From Acidimicrobiia bacterium (GTDB lineage: Bacteria > Actinomycetota > Acidimicrobiia > Spongiisociales > UBA11373), in NCBI GenBank assembly GCA_035464675.1, contig DATHSA010000033.1, forward strand, positions 1,403 to 65,402: DNA of 64,000 nucleotides, written 5' to 3'. The first letter of the stretch is position 1. Every line of letters begins with the position of its first letter. The notes under the pieces are model-generated. The model saw only the letters and a program-made list of their open reading frames with translations, made no database searches and was not told the origin of the DNA. Made by a program: the position numbers and the translations under genes. Shown in pieces: positions 46,356-55,740 of this stretch.

Positions 46356-47584
46356 GGCAGAGTCGGCCGCTCGGCCCGATCGTCGCGCTTCTCGTCACCG
46401 TCGCCGCGTGCGGTGGCGGTGAGGCGGCGACCACGACGACGACGGTGATGCCGACCACCACCACCAGCGCACCAACGACGACGACGACGCTCGGCCCGAC
46501 GACGACGATGGCTCCGCAGTGGGTGAGCGTTCCGATCGAAATGTCCCTGGAGGGCGACGACGAGGCCGCCGAGGTCTTGGCCGACTTCTACGCATGGATC
46601 GGCGACCGCTCGCATCCGACCCCCGCTGCCGCAGCAGGACTGCTCGACCATCTCGCAGACGTCCACCCCGAATCGGGAAGCACCTTCGAAGCCGAGCTCC
46701 ATGCGGCCGAGGTGGAGGGCGGTCGGGTGGCCGTCGTCACTGCCGGCGACGACGTCGTCCTCCTCGCCGACGAAGGATCGGGCTGGCGCGTGGTCGGAGC
46801 CGACCTTGCCCGCTTCGATCTGGATCCGTGGTTCGGCGAGGAGGTACGGCATGTCCTGGTCCTCGGGACCGATGCTCGCCCCGGGGAGTCTCAGCCCCTC
46901 TACCGGGCAGACAGCATCCACATTCTCTCCTCGAACTCGGCGCGCGGCGGCGGCTCGATCCTGGGGTTCCCCCGCGACACCTATGTGGAGGCGTCCTACG
47001 GTTTCGACAAGTTCACGCATGTGAACGCTCTGGCGGAGACCCACTCGTCCGAGATGGTGGACATCGCGGAACGAATCTCGGGTCTCCCGATCGAGGGCTA
47101 CATCCTCACCGGCTTCACGAACTTCCGTCGGCTCGTCGATCAGTTCGGAGGCGTGGTCGTCGACGTTCCGTACTTCATAGATGACTGGCGCGCCGAGGCC
47201 TACATCCTCCGGGGAGTGCAGCGGTTGTTCGGCGACGATGCCCTCGGCTTCAGCCGCACTCGACGCATCACGGGCGGCGACTTCGCCCGCTCGGCCAACC
47301 AGGGAAAGGTGATCCTGGCAGCACTCGTCGAGACCCTCGGAAGGGACATCACTCAGCTCCCGACACTGATCGCCATTCTCATCGACAACACCTGGACCGA
47401 TCTGTCGCCCGGCGATCTGCTCACGCTCGGCGCCACCGCGTTCCTCGTGGACCCGCAGCGGGTGACCAACGAGGTGCTGCCGGGCTCCGTCGAACTTCGT
47501 AACGGCTCGTCGGTGGTGATACTGGACGACGCAGGCGCCGACGCGATCTTCGACGATCTACGCGACGGGATCCTGGACGGCTGA
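46352..47584 (+). CDS. LCP (LytR-CpsA-Psr) family lipoprotein, 410 aa
   Basis: Lipobox LLVTVAACGGG and a Thr-rich linker. LCP core (VLVLGTDARPGE...RADSIHILS...GFPRDTYV...GDFARSANQ). ATGA overlap with nhaA. Confidence 0.85.
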   Translation: MRQSRPLGPIVALLVTVAACGGGEAATTTTTVMPTTTTSAPTTTTTLGPTTTMAPQWVSVPIEMSLEGDDEAAEVLADFYAWIGDRSHPTPAAAAGLLDHLADVHPESGSTFEAELHAAEVEGGRVAVVTAGDDVVLLADEGSGWRVVGADLARFDLDPWFGEEVRHVLVLGTDARPGESQPLYRADSIHILSSNSARGGGSILGFPRDTYVEASYGFDKFTHVNALAETHSSEMVDIAERISGLPIEGYILTGFTNFRRLVDQFGGVVVDVPYFIDDWRAEAYILRGVQRLFGDDALGFSRTRRITGGDFARSANQGKVILAALVETLGRDITQLPTLIAILIDNTWTDLSPGDLLTLGATAFLVDPQRVTNEVLPGSVELRNGSSVVILDDAGADAIFDDLRDGILDG

Positions 47585-47614
47585 GCGGCCCCGTCCGAAC
47601 GCCGTATTCCGACG

Positions 47615-50212
47615 TCACGGCCGCGACGCCCCCGCTCTCGTTCGCTCGACGATCCACTGCACCAGTCCCGCGGCCGCCACCAGGGTGAGCGTGACGCCGA
47701 GGGCTGCGACCCCCAGGGGCTCGGTCTCGAACAACACCTGACCGAAGGGCGTGTAGACCACGGCCGCGTGGAGTGCGGTCGAACCGGCGAGAGACCAGAG
47801 CAGCAGACGATTGGGCGTGCCCTTCACCCTGGCCCGGACCTCGTAGGCATGCACCAGCTGGACGAGCACCAGAGTCGTGAAGATCATCGTCCGCACAACG
47901 GGCCACTCGCTGCTCAGGACGTAGTGGCCGAGGAGGAGCGCGCCGAGTGCGGCGCTCGCGAGGATGGCGCCCCTCGAGGCGAGGAGGCCCCATCGCTGCA
48001 ACACCCCGTGCGCCGGCTCCGGAGGCCTGTCCATCACGCCCTCTGTCGCCGGGTCGACCCCGAGGGCCAGCGCCGGCAGCCCATCGGTGACGAGGTTCAT
48101 CCACAGCAACTGCGTCGCCAGCAGGGGTTCGCCGAGGCCGCCCCAGACGAGAAACCCGACGAACATCACGAAGACCTCCGACGCGTTGCAGGCGAGGAGG
48201 TACCAGACGACCCGCTTCAGGTTCCCAAAGATCGTCCTGCCTTCGCGCACGGCGGCGACGATCGAGGCGAAGTTGTCGTCGGCGAGCACGATCGACGACG
48301 CCTCCTTCGCCACATCGGTGCCGCTTCCCATCGCCACGCCGATGTCGGCCGACCTCAGTGCCGGGGCGTCGTTGACCCCGTCGCCGGTCATGGCGACGAT
48401 CTCGCCGCGCCGGCGCCACGCCTCGACGATCTTCACCTTGTCCAGGGGATCGATGCGAGAGAAGACCCGGTAGCGGTCGATGTCGGCTGCGAGCTCTTCG
48501 GCGTCCTGCTCGCGGAGCCGATCACCGCCCATCACTGCTCCGCCACTCTCGATGATTCCCACGTCCGTGGCCACGGCCTCGGCCGTCACGGCGTGGTCGC
48601 CCGTGACCATGACGACGCGGATCCCGGCCCGACGCGCCTCCTCGACCGCCGGCAACGCCTCCGGGCGGACCGCATCGCTCATTCCCACCATCGCCACGAG
48701 GACCAGGCCGCTCTCGGCGTCACCGGCCTCGGAGGGCATCTCATCCGAGTGGCGATAGGCCAGTGCCAGGGTGCGCCACCCCTTCTCGGCGAGACCGGTG
48801 GCGACATCCAGGTCGGCCTGGCGGCGATCGTCCGCGAGGGGCGCCGGGCCGCCGGCGGTCTCGATCCGATCGCATCGCTCGAGGACCACCTCGGGCGCCC
48901 CCTTGACTGCCACCAGGTACCCGTCGCCGACGTCGTGCACGGTCGACATCCGCTTGCGGCGCGAGTCGAACGCATGCTCGTCGACCCGGGGGGCGCGCTC
49001 CCTGATTCCATCCGGGTCGGCGCCACCGGCCACCGCGGCCCGGACCACGGCGAGTTCGGTGGGGTCGCCGATCCACCCCTCCTTGCCCTTCCGGGCGTCA
49101 CTACAGAGGGCGGCGATCTCGAAGAACCGCGCCGACCGCCGATCGCCAGGATCGAGCTCCCGAGGGGCAAGGCGCAGGTCGGCCAGCAGCACCTCCTGCA
49201 CTTCGAGGCGATTCTGCGTGAGGGTTCCCGTCTTGTCGGTGCAGATCACCGATGCGGAGCCCAACGCCTCGACCGCGGGGAGCCTCCGGACGATGGCATT
49301 CCGTTTGGCCATTCGCTGCACGCCCCGGGACAGCGTGATCGTCACGACCGCGGGGAGGCCCTCCGGGATGGCGGCGACTGCGAGAGCGACGGCGGTGAGG
49401 AACATCGCCTCGGCTGGATTCCCCCGCCACCATCCGGCCAGGAACACGATCCCGGCGGTGGCGACGGCGATCGCCGCCAGTCGCTTGCCCACACTGTCCA
49501 ACTCGACCTGAAGAGGGGTTGGCGGCTCCTCCTCGGCCAGCGACTCGGCGATCCGCCCGAACTCGGTGGACGGGCCTGTCGCCACGACGATCGCGGCACC
49601 CCGTCCTGACGCGATGGTGGTTCCGGCGAACACCATCGATGTCCGGTCCCCGAGTGAGCCGGCGTGCTCCACCGGGTCGGCCGCCTTCGCCACGGGGAGG
49701 GACTCACCGGTCAGGGAGGCCTCATCCACTTCGAGATGGATCGCCTCGGCGACGCGGGCATCTGCGGCTACGAGAACCCCGGCCTCGAGGATGATCAAGT
49801 CGCCGGGTACGACCTCACGGGTGGGGACCGACACCTCACGCCCCTCCCGCACCAGGACCGCTTCCGGCGCAGCCATCTCCCGCAGGCGGGCGAGAGCCTG
49901 CTCGGCGCGCGCCTCCTGGAGGAAGCCGAGAACGGTGTTCAGCACCACGATCGCAGCGATGACGCCGGCATCGATCCACTCGTCGAGCAACGCCCCACTG
50001 ATGACGGCGGCGACCAGCAAGAGCCAGACGAGCGCGCTCCTGAGCTGACGGGCCAGCAGCGTGAGCGTCCCCGGGCCCTCGTCCGACCTGATCTCGTTCG
50101 GTCCGTGCTCGCCGAGCCGCCGGGAAGCCTCTTCCTCACCGAGACCACGCCGCTTATCGGTGTCGAGACGATCTGATACCTCGTCGGCGGTAAGGGTGTG
50201 CCAGGAGGTCAC
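47615..50212 (-). CDS. Cation-transporting P-type ATPase (P2 type, Ca2+/Mg2+-like), 865 aa
   Basis: Start GTG 50212 (TSWHTLTADEVSDRL, cation-ATPase N domain). ICTDKTGTLTQN, TGDGVNDAPAL. Confidence 0.9.
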   Translation of the reverse strand: MTSWHTLTADEVSDRLDTDKRRGLGEEEASRRLGEHGPNEIRSDEGPGTLTLLARQLRSALVWLLLVAAVISGALLDEWIDAGVIAAIVVLNTVLGFLQEARAEQALARLREMAAPEAVLVREGREVSVPTREVVPGDLIILEAGVLVAADARVAEAIHLEVDEASLTGESLPVAKAADPVEHAGSLGDRTSMVFAGTTIASGRGAAIVVATGPSTEFGRIAESLAEEEPPTPLQVELDSVGKRLAAIAVATAGIVFLAGWWRGNPAEAMFLTAVALAVAAIPEGLPAVVTITLSRGVQRMAKRNAIVRRLPAVEALGSASVICTDKTGTLTQNRLEVQEVLLADLRLAPRELDPGDRRSARFFEIAALCSDARKGKEGWIGDPTELAVVRAAVAGGADPDGIRERAPRVDEHAFDSRRKRMSTVHDVGDGYLVAVKGAPEVVLERCDRIETAGGPAPLADDRRQADLDVATGLAEKGWRTLALAYRHSDEMPSEAGDAESGLVLVAMVGMSDAVRPEALPAVEEARRAGIRVVMVTGDHAVTAEAVATDVGIIESGGAVMGGDRLREQDAEELAADIDRYRVFSRIDPLDKVKIVEAWRRRGEIVAMTGDGVNDAPALRSADIGVAMGSGTDVAKEASSIVLADDNFASIVAAVREGRTIFGNLKRVVWYLLACNASEVFVMFVGFLVWGGLGEPLLATQLLWMNLVTDGLPALALGVDPATEGVMDRPPEPAHGVLQRWGLLASRGAILASAALGALLLGHYVLSSEWPVVRTMIFTTLVLVQLVHAYEVRARVKGTPNRLLLWSLAGSTALHAAVVYTPFGQVLFETEPLGVAALGVTLTLVAAAGLVQWIVERTRAGASRP

Positions 50213-50230
50213 GCGGCAAGGTTGGCAGGT

Positions 50231-50294
50231 CCGACGCCCGACGCCCGACGCCCGATGCCCGGCAACACGGACGGGAGACGGGCGACTGGAGACG
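50231..50294. repeat. Heptamer-array element: CCGACGC x3 + CCGATGC CCGG (50231-50262), 5-nt spacer, CGGACGGGAGACGGGCGACTGGAGACG (50268-50294)
   Basis: Read directly. Centre of the 129-nt divergent region between the P-type ATPase and the helicase. Confidence 0.9.
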
Positions 50295-50328
50295 ATTCGT
50301 CCGACCCAACAACGTCCGGCGACCCGTT

Positions 50329-50334
50329 TACCGT
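50329..50334 (+). promoter_or_regulatory. Putative -10 box TACCGT, 7 nt upstream of helicase ATG 50342 (leaderless layout)
   Basis: TACCGT-ccacgcg-ATG read directly. No SD. Confidence 0.4.
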
Positions 50335-50341
50335 CCACGCG

Positions 50342-52588
50342 ATGCACCCCGCCGTCGCGTCATGGCTCGCCGATCCCGAGCGGGCCGACCGGATCGCCCA
50401 CGTGGAGACGGTCGCCGAGCGCCGGGCCATCTTCGAGGACCTCGACCCGCCGATGCCGGACGACCTACGGGCCGCTCTCGCCGAACGAGGGATCGACCGC
50501 CTGTACCGCCACCAGGCGCAGGCGATCAAGCGCGCCCGGGCCGGGACGCACACGGTGGTCGTGGCCGGCACGGCTTCGGGAAAGTCCCTGGGCTATCAGG
50601 TGCCGATCCTGGAGGCGGCACTGGAGGACCGGGCCGCGACGGCCCTCCTCCTCTTCCCGACCAAGGCCCTCGCGCGCGATCAGTTCCGGGCGATGCATGC
50701 CTTCGGCATCCCCGAGGTGACACCGGTCGTCTATGACGGCGACACCGACTCGGAGACGAGATCATGGGCCCGCAAGCACGCCACGGTCGTCATGACCAAC
50801 CCCGACATGCTGCACGTCGGGATCCTGCCCTCGCACGGCAAGTGGGCCACATTCTTCCGGAGGCTCCAGTACGTGGTGATCGACGAGGTCCACGTGCTCC
50901 GGGGCATCTTCGGAAGCCACGTCGGCAACGTGGTGCGGAGGCTGCGCCGGGTGGCCCGTCACTACGGCGCCGATCCCACATTCCTCGGGTCGTCGGCGAC
51001 GATCGGCAACCCCGGGGAGCTGATGTCGGCGCTCACCGGCCTGCCCGTCGATGTCGTCGAACAGGACGCCTCGCCCGCGGGCGTGCGGCACTACGTCCTG
51101 TGGAATCCCGAGTTGGAGGAGGACGACACCCGGCGCAGCCCCCTCGCCGAGACCACGGATCTGTTTGTCGACCTGGTCGGTCGGGGCGAGCACACCATCG
51201 CCTTCGCCCGCAGCCGAAAGGGAGTGGAGCTGGTCTACCGGTGGGCTCGCGAGCGGCTCGACCTCGACCTCGCCGATCGCATCGCTCCGTACCGGGCGGG
51301 ATACCTGCCGGAACAGCGTCGCGAGATCGAGGAGCGCCTGTTCTCCGGCGAGCTGCTCGGCGTCACTGCCACCAACGCATTGGAACTGGGGATCGACGTG
51401 GGCGGCCTCGACGCCGCCATCGTCGCCACATTCCCGGGGACGGTCGCCTCGTTCCGCCAGCAGACCGGACGAGCGGGGAGATCCACCGAGGAGTCGTTGT
51501 CGGTGCTGGTCGCCGGCCAGGACGCCCTCGATCAATGGTACGTGAACCACCCCGGAGACCTGTTCGGCCGACCCTCCGAGGCAGCGGTGGTGAACCCGGC
51601 CAATCCTCACATCCTCGCCGGCCACATGGGCTGCGCCGCCTACGAGATCCCGATGCTCTCCGAGGACGCAGTGGCCACCTTTGGACCGGAGGTCGAGTCG
51701 CTGGCTGCCGACCTCGTCTCCGAGGGCGCGCTGCGCATCCGGAACGGACGGCTCCTCTGGGCCGGGCGAGGCGCCCCGGCTCCTGCCATCGACATCCGGA
51801 CTGCCGGAGGGCCGCCCTACACCATCGTCGACACCCGAGGTGAGGTGATGGGGACCGTCGACGAGAGCCGCGTGTTCTCACAGGCCCATCCCGGTGCGGT
51901 CTACCTCCACCAGGGCGACTCGTATGTGATCGAGAACCTGTCGGTGGAGGACCGGCTGGTGCGGGCCCGCCCCGGCGAGGTCGGGTACTACACGCAGCCG
52001 GAGGAGGACACCACCGTCGAGGTCCGCGTCGTGCTGCGTTCAGGCGCGGTCGGGCGCTTCGGGCACAGGCTGGGCGATGTCGAGGTCGAATCGCGCGTCA
52101 CCGGGTTCAAGCGCAAGAAGATCTCGGACCGCAGCGTCATCTCGTACGAGCCTCTCGACCTGCCGCCACGGCGCTACGAGACCCAGGCGATCTGGTTCAC
52201 GGTGGACGACGACCTGCTGCGCGATGCCGGGATCGCCACCGTCGACCTGCCGGGCACCCTCCACGCCGCCGAGCACACCGGGATCGCCATGCTCCCCCTC
52301 TTCGCCATCTGCGACCGGTGGGACATCGGCGGGCTGTCGACACCCTTCCACGCCGCGACCGGCATGCCCGTCTGGTTCATCTACGACGGCTACCCCGGCG
52401 GCGCCGGAATCGCCCCCCTCGCCTATCAGGCCGGCACGCGTCACCTCTCGGCGACGCTCGAGGCGCTGCGCACCTGCCCCTGTGACACCGGTTGTCCCTC
52501 ATGCGTCCAGTCGCCCAAGTGCGGCAACTTCAACGAGCCCCTGGACAAGGCGGGGGCGATCCGGCTGCTCGAGGTGGGCCTGGGGTGA
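50342..52588 (+). CDS. DEAD/DEAH-box helicase with C-terminal 4-Cys DUF1998 (MrfA/Rv3649-like 'helicase/secretion neighbourhood' helicase), 748 aa
   Basis: Internal ATG 50342 of ORF 50198..52588. Walker A GTASGKS, DEVH box, C-terminal CPCDTGCPSCVQSPKCGN. Confidence 0.9.
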   Translation: MHPAVASWLADPERADRIAHVETVAERRAIFEDLDPPMPDDLRAALAERGIDRLYRHQAQAIKRARAGTHTVVVAGTASGKSLGYQVPILEAALEDRAATALLLFPTKALARDQFRAMHAFGIPEVTPVVYDGDTDSETRSWARKHATVVMTNPDMLHVGILPSHGKWATFFRRLQYVVIDEVHVLRGIFGSHVGNVVRRLRRVARHYGADPTFLGSSATIGNPGELMSALTGLPVDVVEQDASPAGVRHYVLWNPELEEDDTRRSPLAETTDLFVDLVGRGEHTIAFARSRKGVELVYRWARERLDLDLADRIAPYRAGYLPEQRREIEERLFSGELLGVTATNALELGIDVGGLDAAIVATFPGTVASFRQQTGRAGRSTEESLSVLVAGQDALDQWYVNHPGDLFGRPSEAAVVNPANPHILAGHMGCAAYEIPMLSEDAVATFGPEVESLAADLVSEGALRIRNGRLLWAGRGAPAPAIDIRTAGGPPYTIVDTRGEVMGTVDESRVFSQAHPGAVYLHQGDSYVIENLSVEDRLVRARPGEVGYYTQPEEDTTVEVRVVLRSGAVGRFGHRLGDVEVESRVTGFKRKKISDRSVISYEPLDLPPRRYETQAIWFTVDDDLLRDAGIATVDLPGTLHAAEHTGIAMLPLFAICDRWDIGGLSTPFHAATGMPVWFIYDGYPGGAGIAPLAYQAGTRHLSATLEALRTCPCDTGCPSCVQSPKCGNFNEPLDKAGAIRLLEVGLG

Positions 52589-52789
52589 CGGGCAGGGGGC
52601 GGCGGAGACAGCGGGCGAGCCCGCGGCGGCTCCTCAGCCCACGTACGCCCCGGGACCCTCACACACCCATGCCATCCTCTCCGCGACCTGCTCACCCTCC
52701 GGCCTCGGCCCACGGACGTACCGGGTCGGGCCGGCCTACTCGTACTCGAAGAGCCGCTGCCGGGCGCGTCGTGGGCCCTTGGCCCGGTC

Positions 52790-52795
52790 TACCGT
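52790..52795 (+). promoter_or_regulatory. Putative -10 box TACCGT (context TCTACCGTTCT), 31 nt upstream of GTG 52827
   Basis: The 10-mer CTACCGTTCT is identical to that upstream of msrA (58273-58282). The leader contains a GAGGAG SD. Confidence 0.3.
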
Positions 52796-52826
52796 TCTCA
52801 GACGACACCACCGAGGAGCGGCGGAA

Positions 52827-53456
52827 GTGCAACACATCGTCGACACGGTTCTCGACAAGCTGGGGCCGCACGGCCTGGACACCATCGCCGGGAAGCTCGG
52901 CCTCGACCGGGCGGACGCAAAGCGAGGCGTGACCACGGCCGTCACCGCGCTGACCGGCGCCCTCGCCCACAATGCCTCCAAGCCGGAGGGGGCCAGGTCG
53001 CTCGACTCGGCACTCGAGCGGGACCACGACGGAGGGATCTTCGACAACCTCGGCGACTACCTCGGCGACTTCGCCGCCGGCCCGGGCAAGGCGATCCTCG
53101 GGCACGTCTTCGGAAGCAAGGAGCCGACGGTCGAGAAGGCCGTGGCCGACAAGTCGGGCCTTCCGCTCGACAAGGTGGTACCTCTCCTCACGATGGTGGC
53201 CCCCCTGGTGCTGGGCGCTCTCGGCAGGAGGAAGAAGGAGGAGAATCTCGACGCCTCACAGATGGCAACGACTCTCGCCGAAGAGCGCGCGGCGGCTGCG
53301 GAGAAGGACGACGGGGGCATCCTCGACACGGTGATGGGTGCCCTGGGCGGCCTCACCGGATCGGGTCAGTCGTCCGGAGGAGGCAGCAAGGGCGGCCTGG
53401 GGGGACTCTTGAACGCAATCGGGGGACTGTTCGGAGGGAAGAAGAAGGGGCCTTAG
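52827..53456 (+). CDS. DUF937-like protein (Gly-rich C-terminus), 209 aa
   Basis: GTG 52827 with a GAGGAG SD, in frame within ORF 52077..53456. Sequence LDKLGPHGLDTIAGKLGLD...GGLLNAIGGLFGGKKKGP resembles DUF937 proteins. Confidence 0.65.
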   Translation: MQHIVDTVLDKLGPHGLDTIAGKLGLDRADAKRGVTTAVTALTGALAHNASKPEGARSLDSALERDHDGGIFDNLGDYLGDFAAGPGKAILGHVFGSKEPTVEKAVADKSGLPLDKVVPLLTMVAPLVLGALGRRKKEENLDASQMATTLAEERAAAAEKDDGGILDTVMGALGGLTGSGQSSGGGSKGGLGGLLNAIGGLFGGKKKGP

Positions 53457-53471
53457 GCTCCCCTCGGTACG

Positions 53472-53492
53472 CCCCCCGTCCTCGACGGGGGG
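53472..53492. terminator. Perfect 9-bp GC stem / 3-nt loop hairpin between convergent genes
   Basis: CCCCCCGTC-ctc-GACGGGGGG read directly. 16 nt after the DUF937 stop and 25 nt after the tadE-like stop. Confidence 0.55.
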
Positions 53493-53516
53493 AGACGCTG
53501 GCGACCGGTGGCCTCT

Positions 53517-53903
53517 TCATGGATCCAGCAGAAGTGCCGGCACGAACTCGGCCCTTCCTGTCGCCCGGACCGTGAACACTCCGAGCGGCCAGATCTCGAC
53601 CGTACGCTCCGTCGTCACCTCCACCGTTCGAGGCTCCCACGACTGGTCACGCTCGCACATGCACAGCACCACCCGGGCGCCGTTGAGCCGGGCGAACCGG
53701 ATCGCCTCATCCACCGGCGGCCCCTTCGATCCGAAAGGCAGGAAGGTGATCGGGGCGGCGGCCAGAGCCGCGGCGTCCGCCGCGGTGCTTGCCTCCACCC
53801 GGGCCCGCAGGTAGGCACCGACCGCGGCAAGCCCTACGGCGAGAACCAGTACCAGACCCATGACGCCGATGAGGGCCAGCGAGGCGCTTCCCCGATCGCT
53901 CAC
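53517..53903 (-). CDS. TadE-like secretion-neighbourhood protein (Rv3654c-like), 128 aa
   Basis: N-terminal GSASLALIGVMGLVLVLAV pseudopilin-like segment. Last gene of the tad operon. 4-nt overlap with the upstream gene. Confidence 0.7.
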   Translation of the reverse strand: MSDRGSASLALIGVMGLVLVLAVGLAAVGAYLRARVEASTAADAAALAAAPITFLPFGSKGPPVDEAIRFARLNGARVVLCMCERDQSWEPRTVEVTTERTVEIWPLGVFTVRATGRAEFVPALLLDP

Positions 53904-54265
53904 TGCTCGACCCGCATCACGGCCCGTGCCACCAGGGTCACATCGAATCCGCCGAAGAGCGGAGCCGCCACCCGGTGGCGAAGACGCACCACCACCTCTG
54001 CGGTGCCACCCACCCGGTGCTCACGTGCCACCGACACCCGCGCCCGGGATCCGGTCTCGCCGCCGAGCGCCCGACGCACCGCCGCCACCGCCCGCTCTGG
54101 CTCGGGGGACGTGGCCGCCTCCCGCGCCCCTTCCCTCGCCGCGCTGCTCACCTCCAGCTGGACCCGCGCCGCCACCGCCACTTCGACCGCTGCCAGGAGG
54201 ACCAGCAGGACCACGGGGAGGACGAGGGCGAACTCCACGGCGGCGGAGCCCCGATCGCGGCTCAC
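53900..54265 (-). CDS. TadE family pilus-assembly protein, 121 aa
   Basis: Start GTG 54265 overlaps the pilin stop (GTGA). DRGSAAVEFALVLPVVLLVLLAAVE TadE motif. Confidence 0.75.
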   Translation of the reverse strand: MSRDRGSAAVEFALVLPVVLLVLLAAVEVAVAARVQLEVSSAAREGAREAATSPEPERAVAAVRRALGGETGSRARVSVAREHRVGGTAEVVVRLRHRVAAPLFGGFDVTLVARAVMRVEQ

Positions 54266-54429
54266 CCGCCACCCGTGGCGAAACCCCGCACCCTCTGAAT
54301 CACCGCGTCGAAGAAGGAGGGCAGGACGTCCGAGCCTGCAGCCCATGAGATGAGAGCGAGCGCGACTATTGCGGCGGCGACGATCACGAGGGCGTACTCC
54401 GCGGTCGCCTGGCCGAGTTCCGATGTCAT
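54262..54429 (-). CDS. Flp/DUF4244-type small pilin-like protein, 55 aa
   Basis: Too short for the ORF track. Translated by hand as MTSELGQATAEYALVIVAAAIVALALISWAAGSDVLPSFFDAVIQRVRGFATGGG. The G-x-x-T-A-E-Y motif and hydrophobic helix are typical of Flp-like pilins. Confidence 0.75.
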   Translation of the reverse strand: MTSELGQATAEYALVIVAAAIVALALISWAAGSDVLPSFFDAVIQRVRGFATGGG

Positions 54430-54445
54430 TGGAGGCACCTTTCCG

Positions 54446-55072
54446 TCAGGGAGTCGGACCGAGCCGCGCCAGGCCCTCCAGCACCGCAGGGCCCACCGCG
54501 AGGATCACGAACCCCGGAAGGATCAGCAGAGCCAGCGGGAGCAGCAGCCGCACCGGAAGCCGCCGTGCGGCCGCCATCCGGGCCGCGTGGTCCTCGTGAC
54601 GACGGGTCCGGGCAAAGGCGGTGATGGCGGAACCGAGCGGGGCCCCGCTGACCGCGGCGCCGGCGGCGACACGCGCCAGCCCTTCGAGCCTTCCGCGCGC
54701 CGCGGCGAGGCCCGCTGCCATCCCTCGCCTGTCGATCGATGCGACGAGATCATCGAGTTCGGACCGCAGGTCGTGATGAACATGAGGCGCCCCGGCCGCG
54801 ATGGCCGCGCGGAGGCTCAGGCCCGCCGTCAGACCGAGCACCAGGAGGTCGGCGAGCACCGCGACGTCGGCGTCCGCACGTTGCTCCTCGAGCCGGGCCA
54901 GTCGTGCCCTGCGCCACCTGACCCGGGCCACGGTCACAGCTCCCGCAGCGGCACCTGCGATCGGCTCGGCCACGACCGCACCGCCGATGATGCCGGCCAA
55001 GAATGGGCGGCCTCGCCCGAGCCGAGGCCAGACCCATCCCGTGGCGACCGCCGCCACCACGATGATCGTCAC
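54446..55072 (-). CDS. tadC: Type II secretion system F-family protein (TadC-like), 208 aa
   Basis: Start GTG 55072 overlaps the tadB stop (GTGA). C-terminal part of ORF 54446..55771. TM-rich T2SSF-like sequence. Confidence 0.75.
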   Translation of the reverse strand: MTIIVVAAVATGWVWPRLGRGRPFLAGIIGGAVVAEPIAGAAAGAVTVARVRWRRARLARLEEQRADADVAVLADLLVLGLTAGLSLRAAIAAGAPHVHHDLRSELDDLVASIDRRGMAAGLAAARGRLEGLARVAAGAAVSGAPLGSAITAFARTRRHEDHAARMAAARRLPVRLLLPLALLILPGFVILAVGPAVLEGLARLGPTP

Positions 55073-55740
55073 GACGCCCTCTGCAGCATCGCCCACACCA
55101 CGCCCACACCGACGAGTTGGAACCCGACGCCAAGAGCGACGATGAGACCGAGCGCGGGATCGGATGCAGGCGAGAGTCGCCCGGTTGCGGCCATCCCGAC
55201 GAGGACGAGCACCGGCAGTCCGGCAACCACCGCGGCCGAGGCCCGGGCCTGCGCGGTCAGCGCCCTTCTTTCCCTCCGGAGAGCCGCCTCGTCGGACGCC
55301 CGCACCGCGAGGATGTCGAACATCGTCGCCGTGGGTCCCCCCACGGTGGCCGCCATGTGCCAGGCGGCGGCAGAGAGGCGCCCGAAGGTGGGAAGTGCCT
55401 CCGCCAACCGGGGGGCAACCCGATCCGCGGACATCCCGGCAGCCGCCAGACGCGCCGCGGGCCGGAGGTCCAGGCGCGGGGCCCGGGATGCCGCCGCCAC
55501 CAGCGCGAAGCGCGGCGGAGCGCCCGCGGCGAGCTCGGAGGCAAGGCCCCCGAGAAACGCCGCCTCGTCGTCGGGGGTCCGCACCGGGTGCCGTTCCCTC
55601 CGTCGGCGGAGCGCCCACACCGCCATCGCGACACCGGCGAGCGCTGGATGGGTGACAGCCGCCACTCCCAGGGCGACCGCAGCGAAGGGCACTCCCCCGA
55701 GGAGAGCAATCGCCGCCACCACCATTGCGGTCAGGGCCAC
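55069..55740 (-). CDS. tadB: Type II secretion system F-family protein (TadB-like), 223 aa
   Basis: ORF 55069..55740. TM-rich. Overlaps the tadA end by 10 nt. Confidence 0.75.
   Translation of the reverse strand: MALTAMVVAAIALLGGVPFAAVALGVAAVTHPALAGVAMAVWALRRRRERHPVRTPDDEAAFLGGLASELAAGAPPRFALVAAASRAPRLDLRPAARLAAAGMSADRVAPRLAEALPTFGRLSAAAWHMAATVGGPTATMFDILAVRASDEAALRRERRALTAQARASAAVVAGLPVLVLVGMAATGRLSPASDPALGLIVALGVGFQLVGVGVVWAMLQRAS

Noticed and set aside
52589-52826. 238-nt gap after the helicase as an ncRNA or riboswitch
   Set aside because: It contains GC-rich partial palindromes but nothing matching a riboswitch class I can recognise. It is best explained as a terminator/promoter region for the DUF937 gene.
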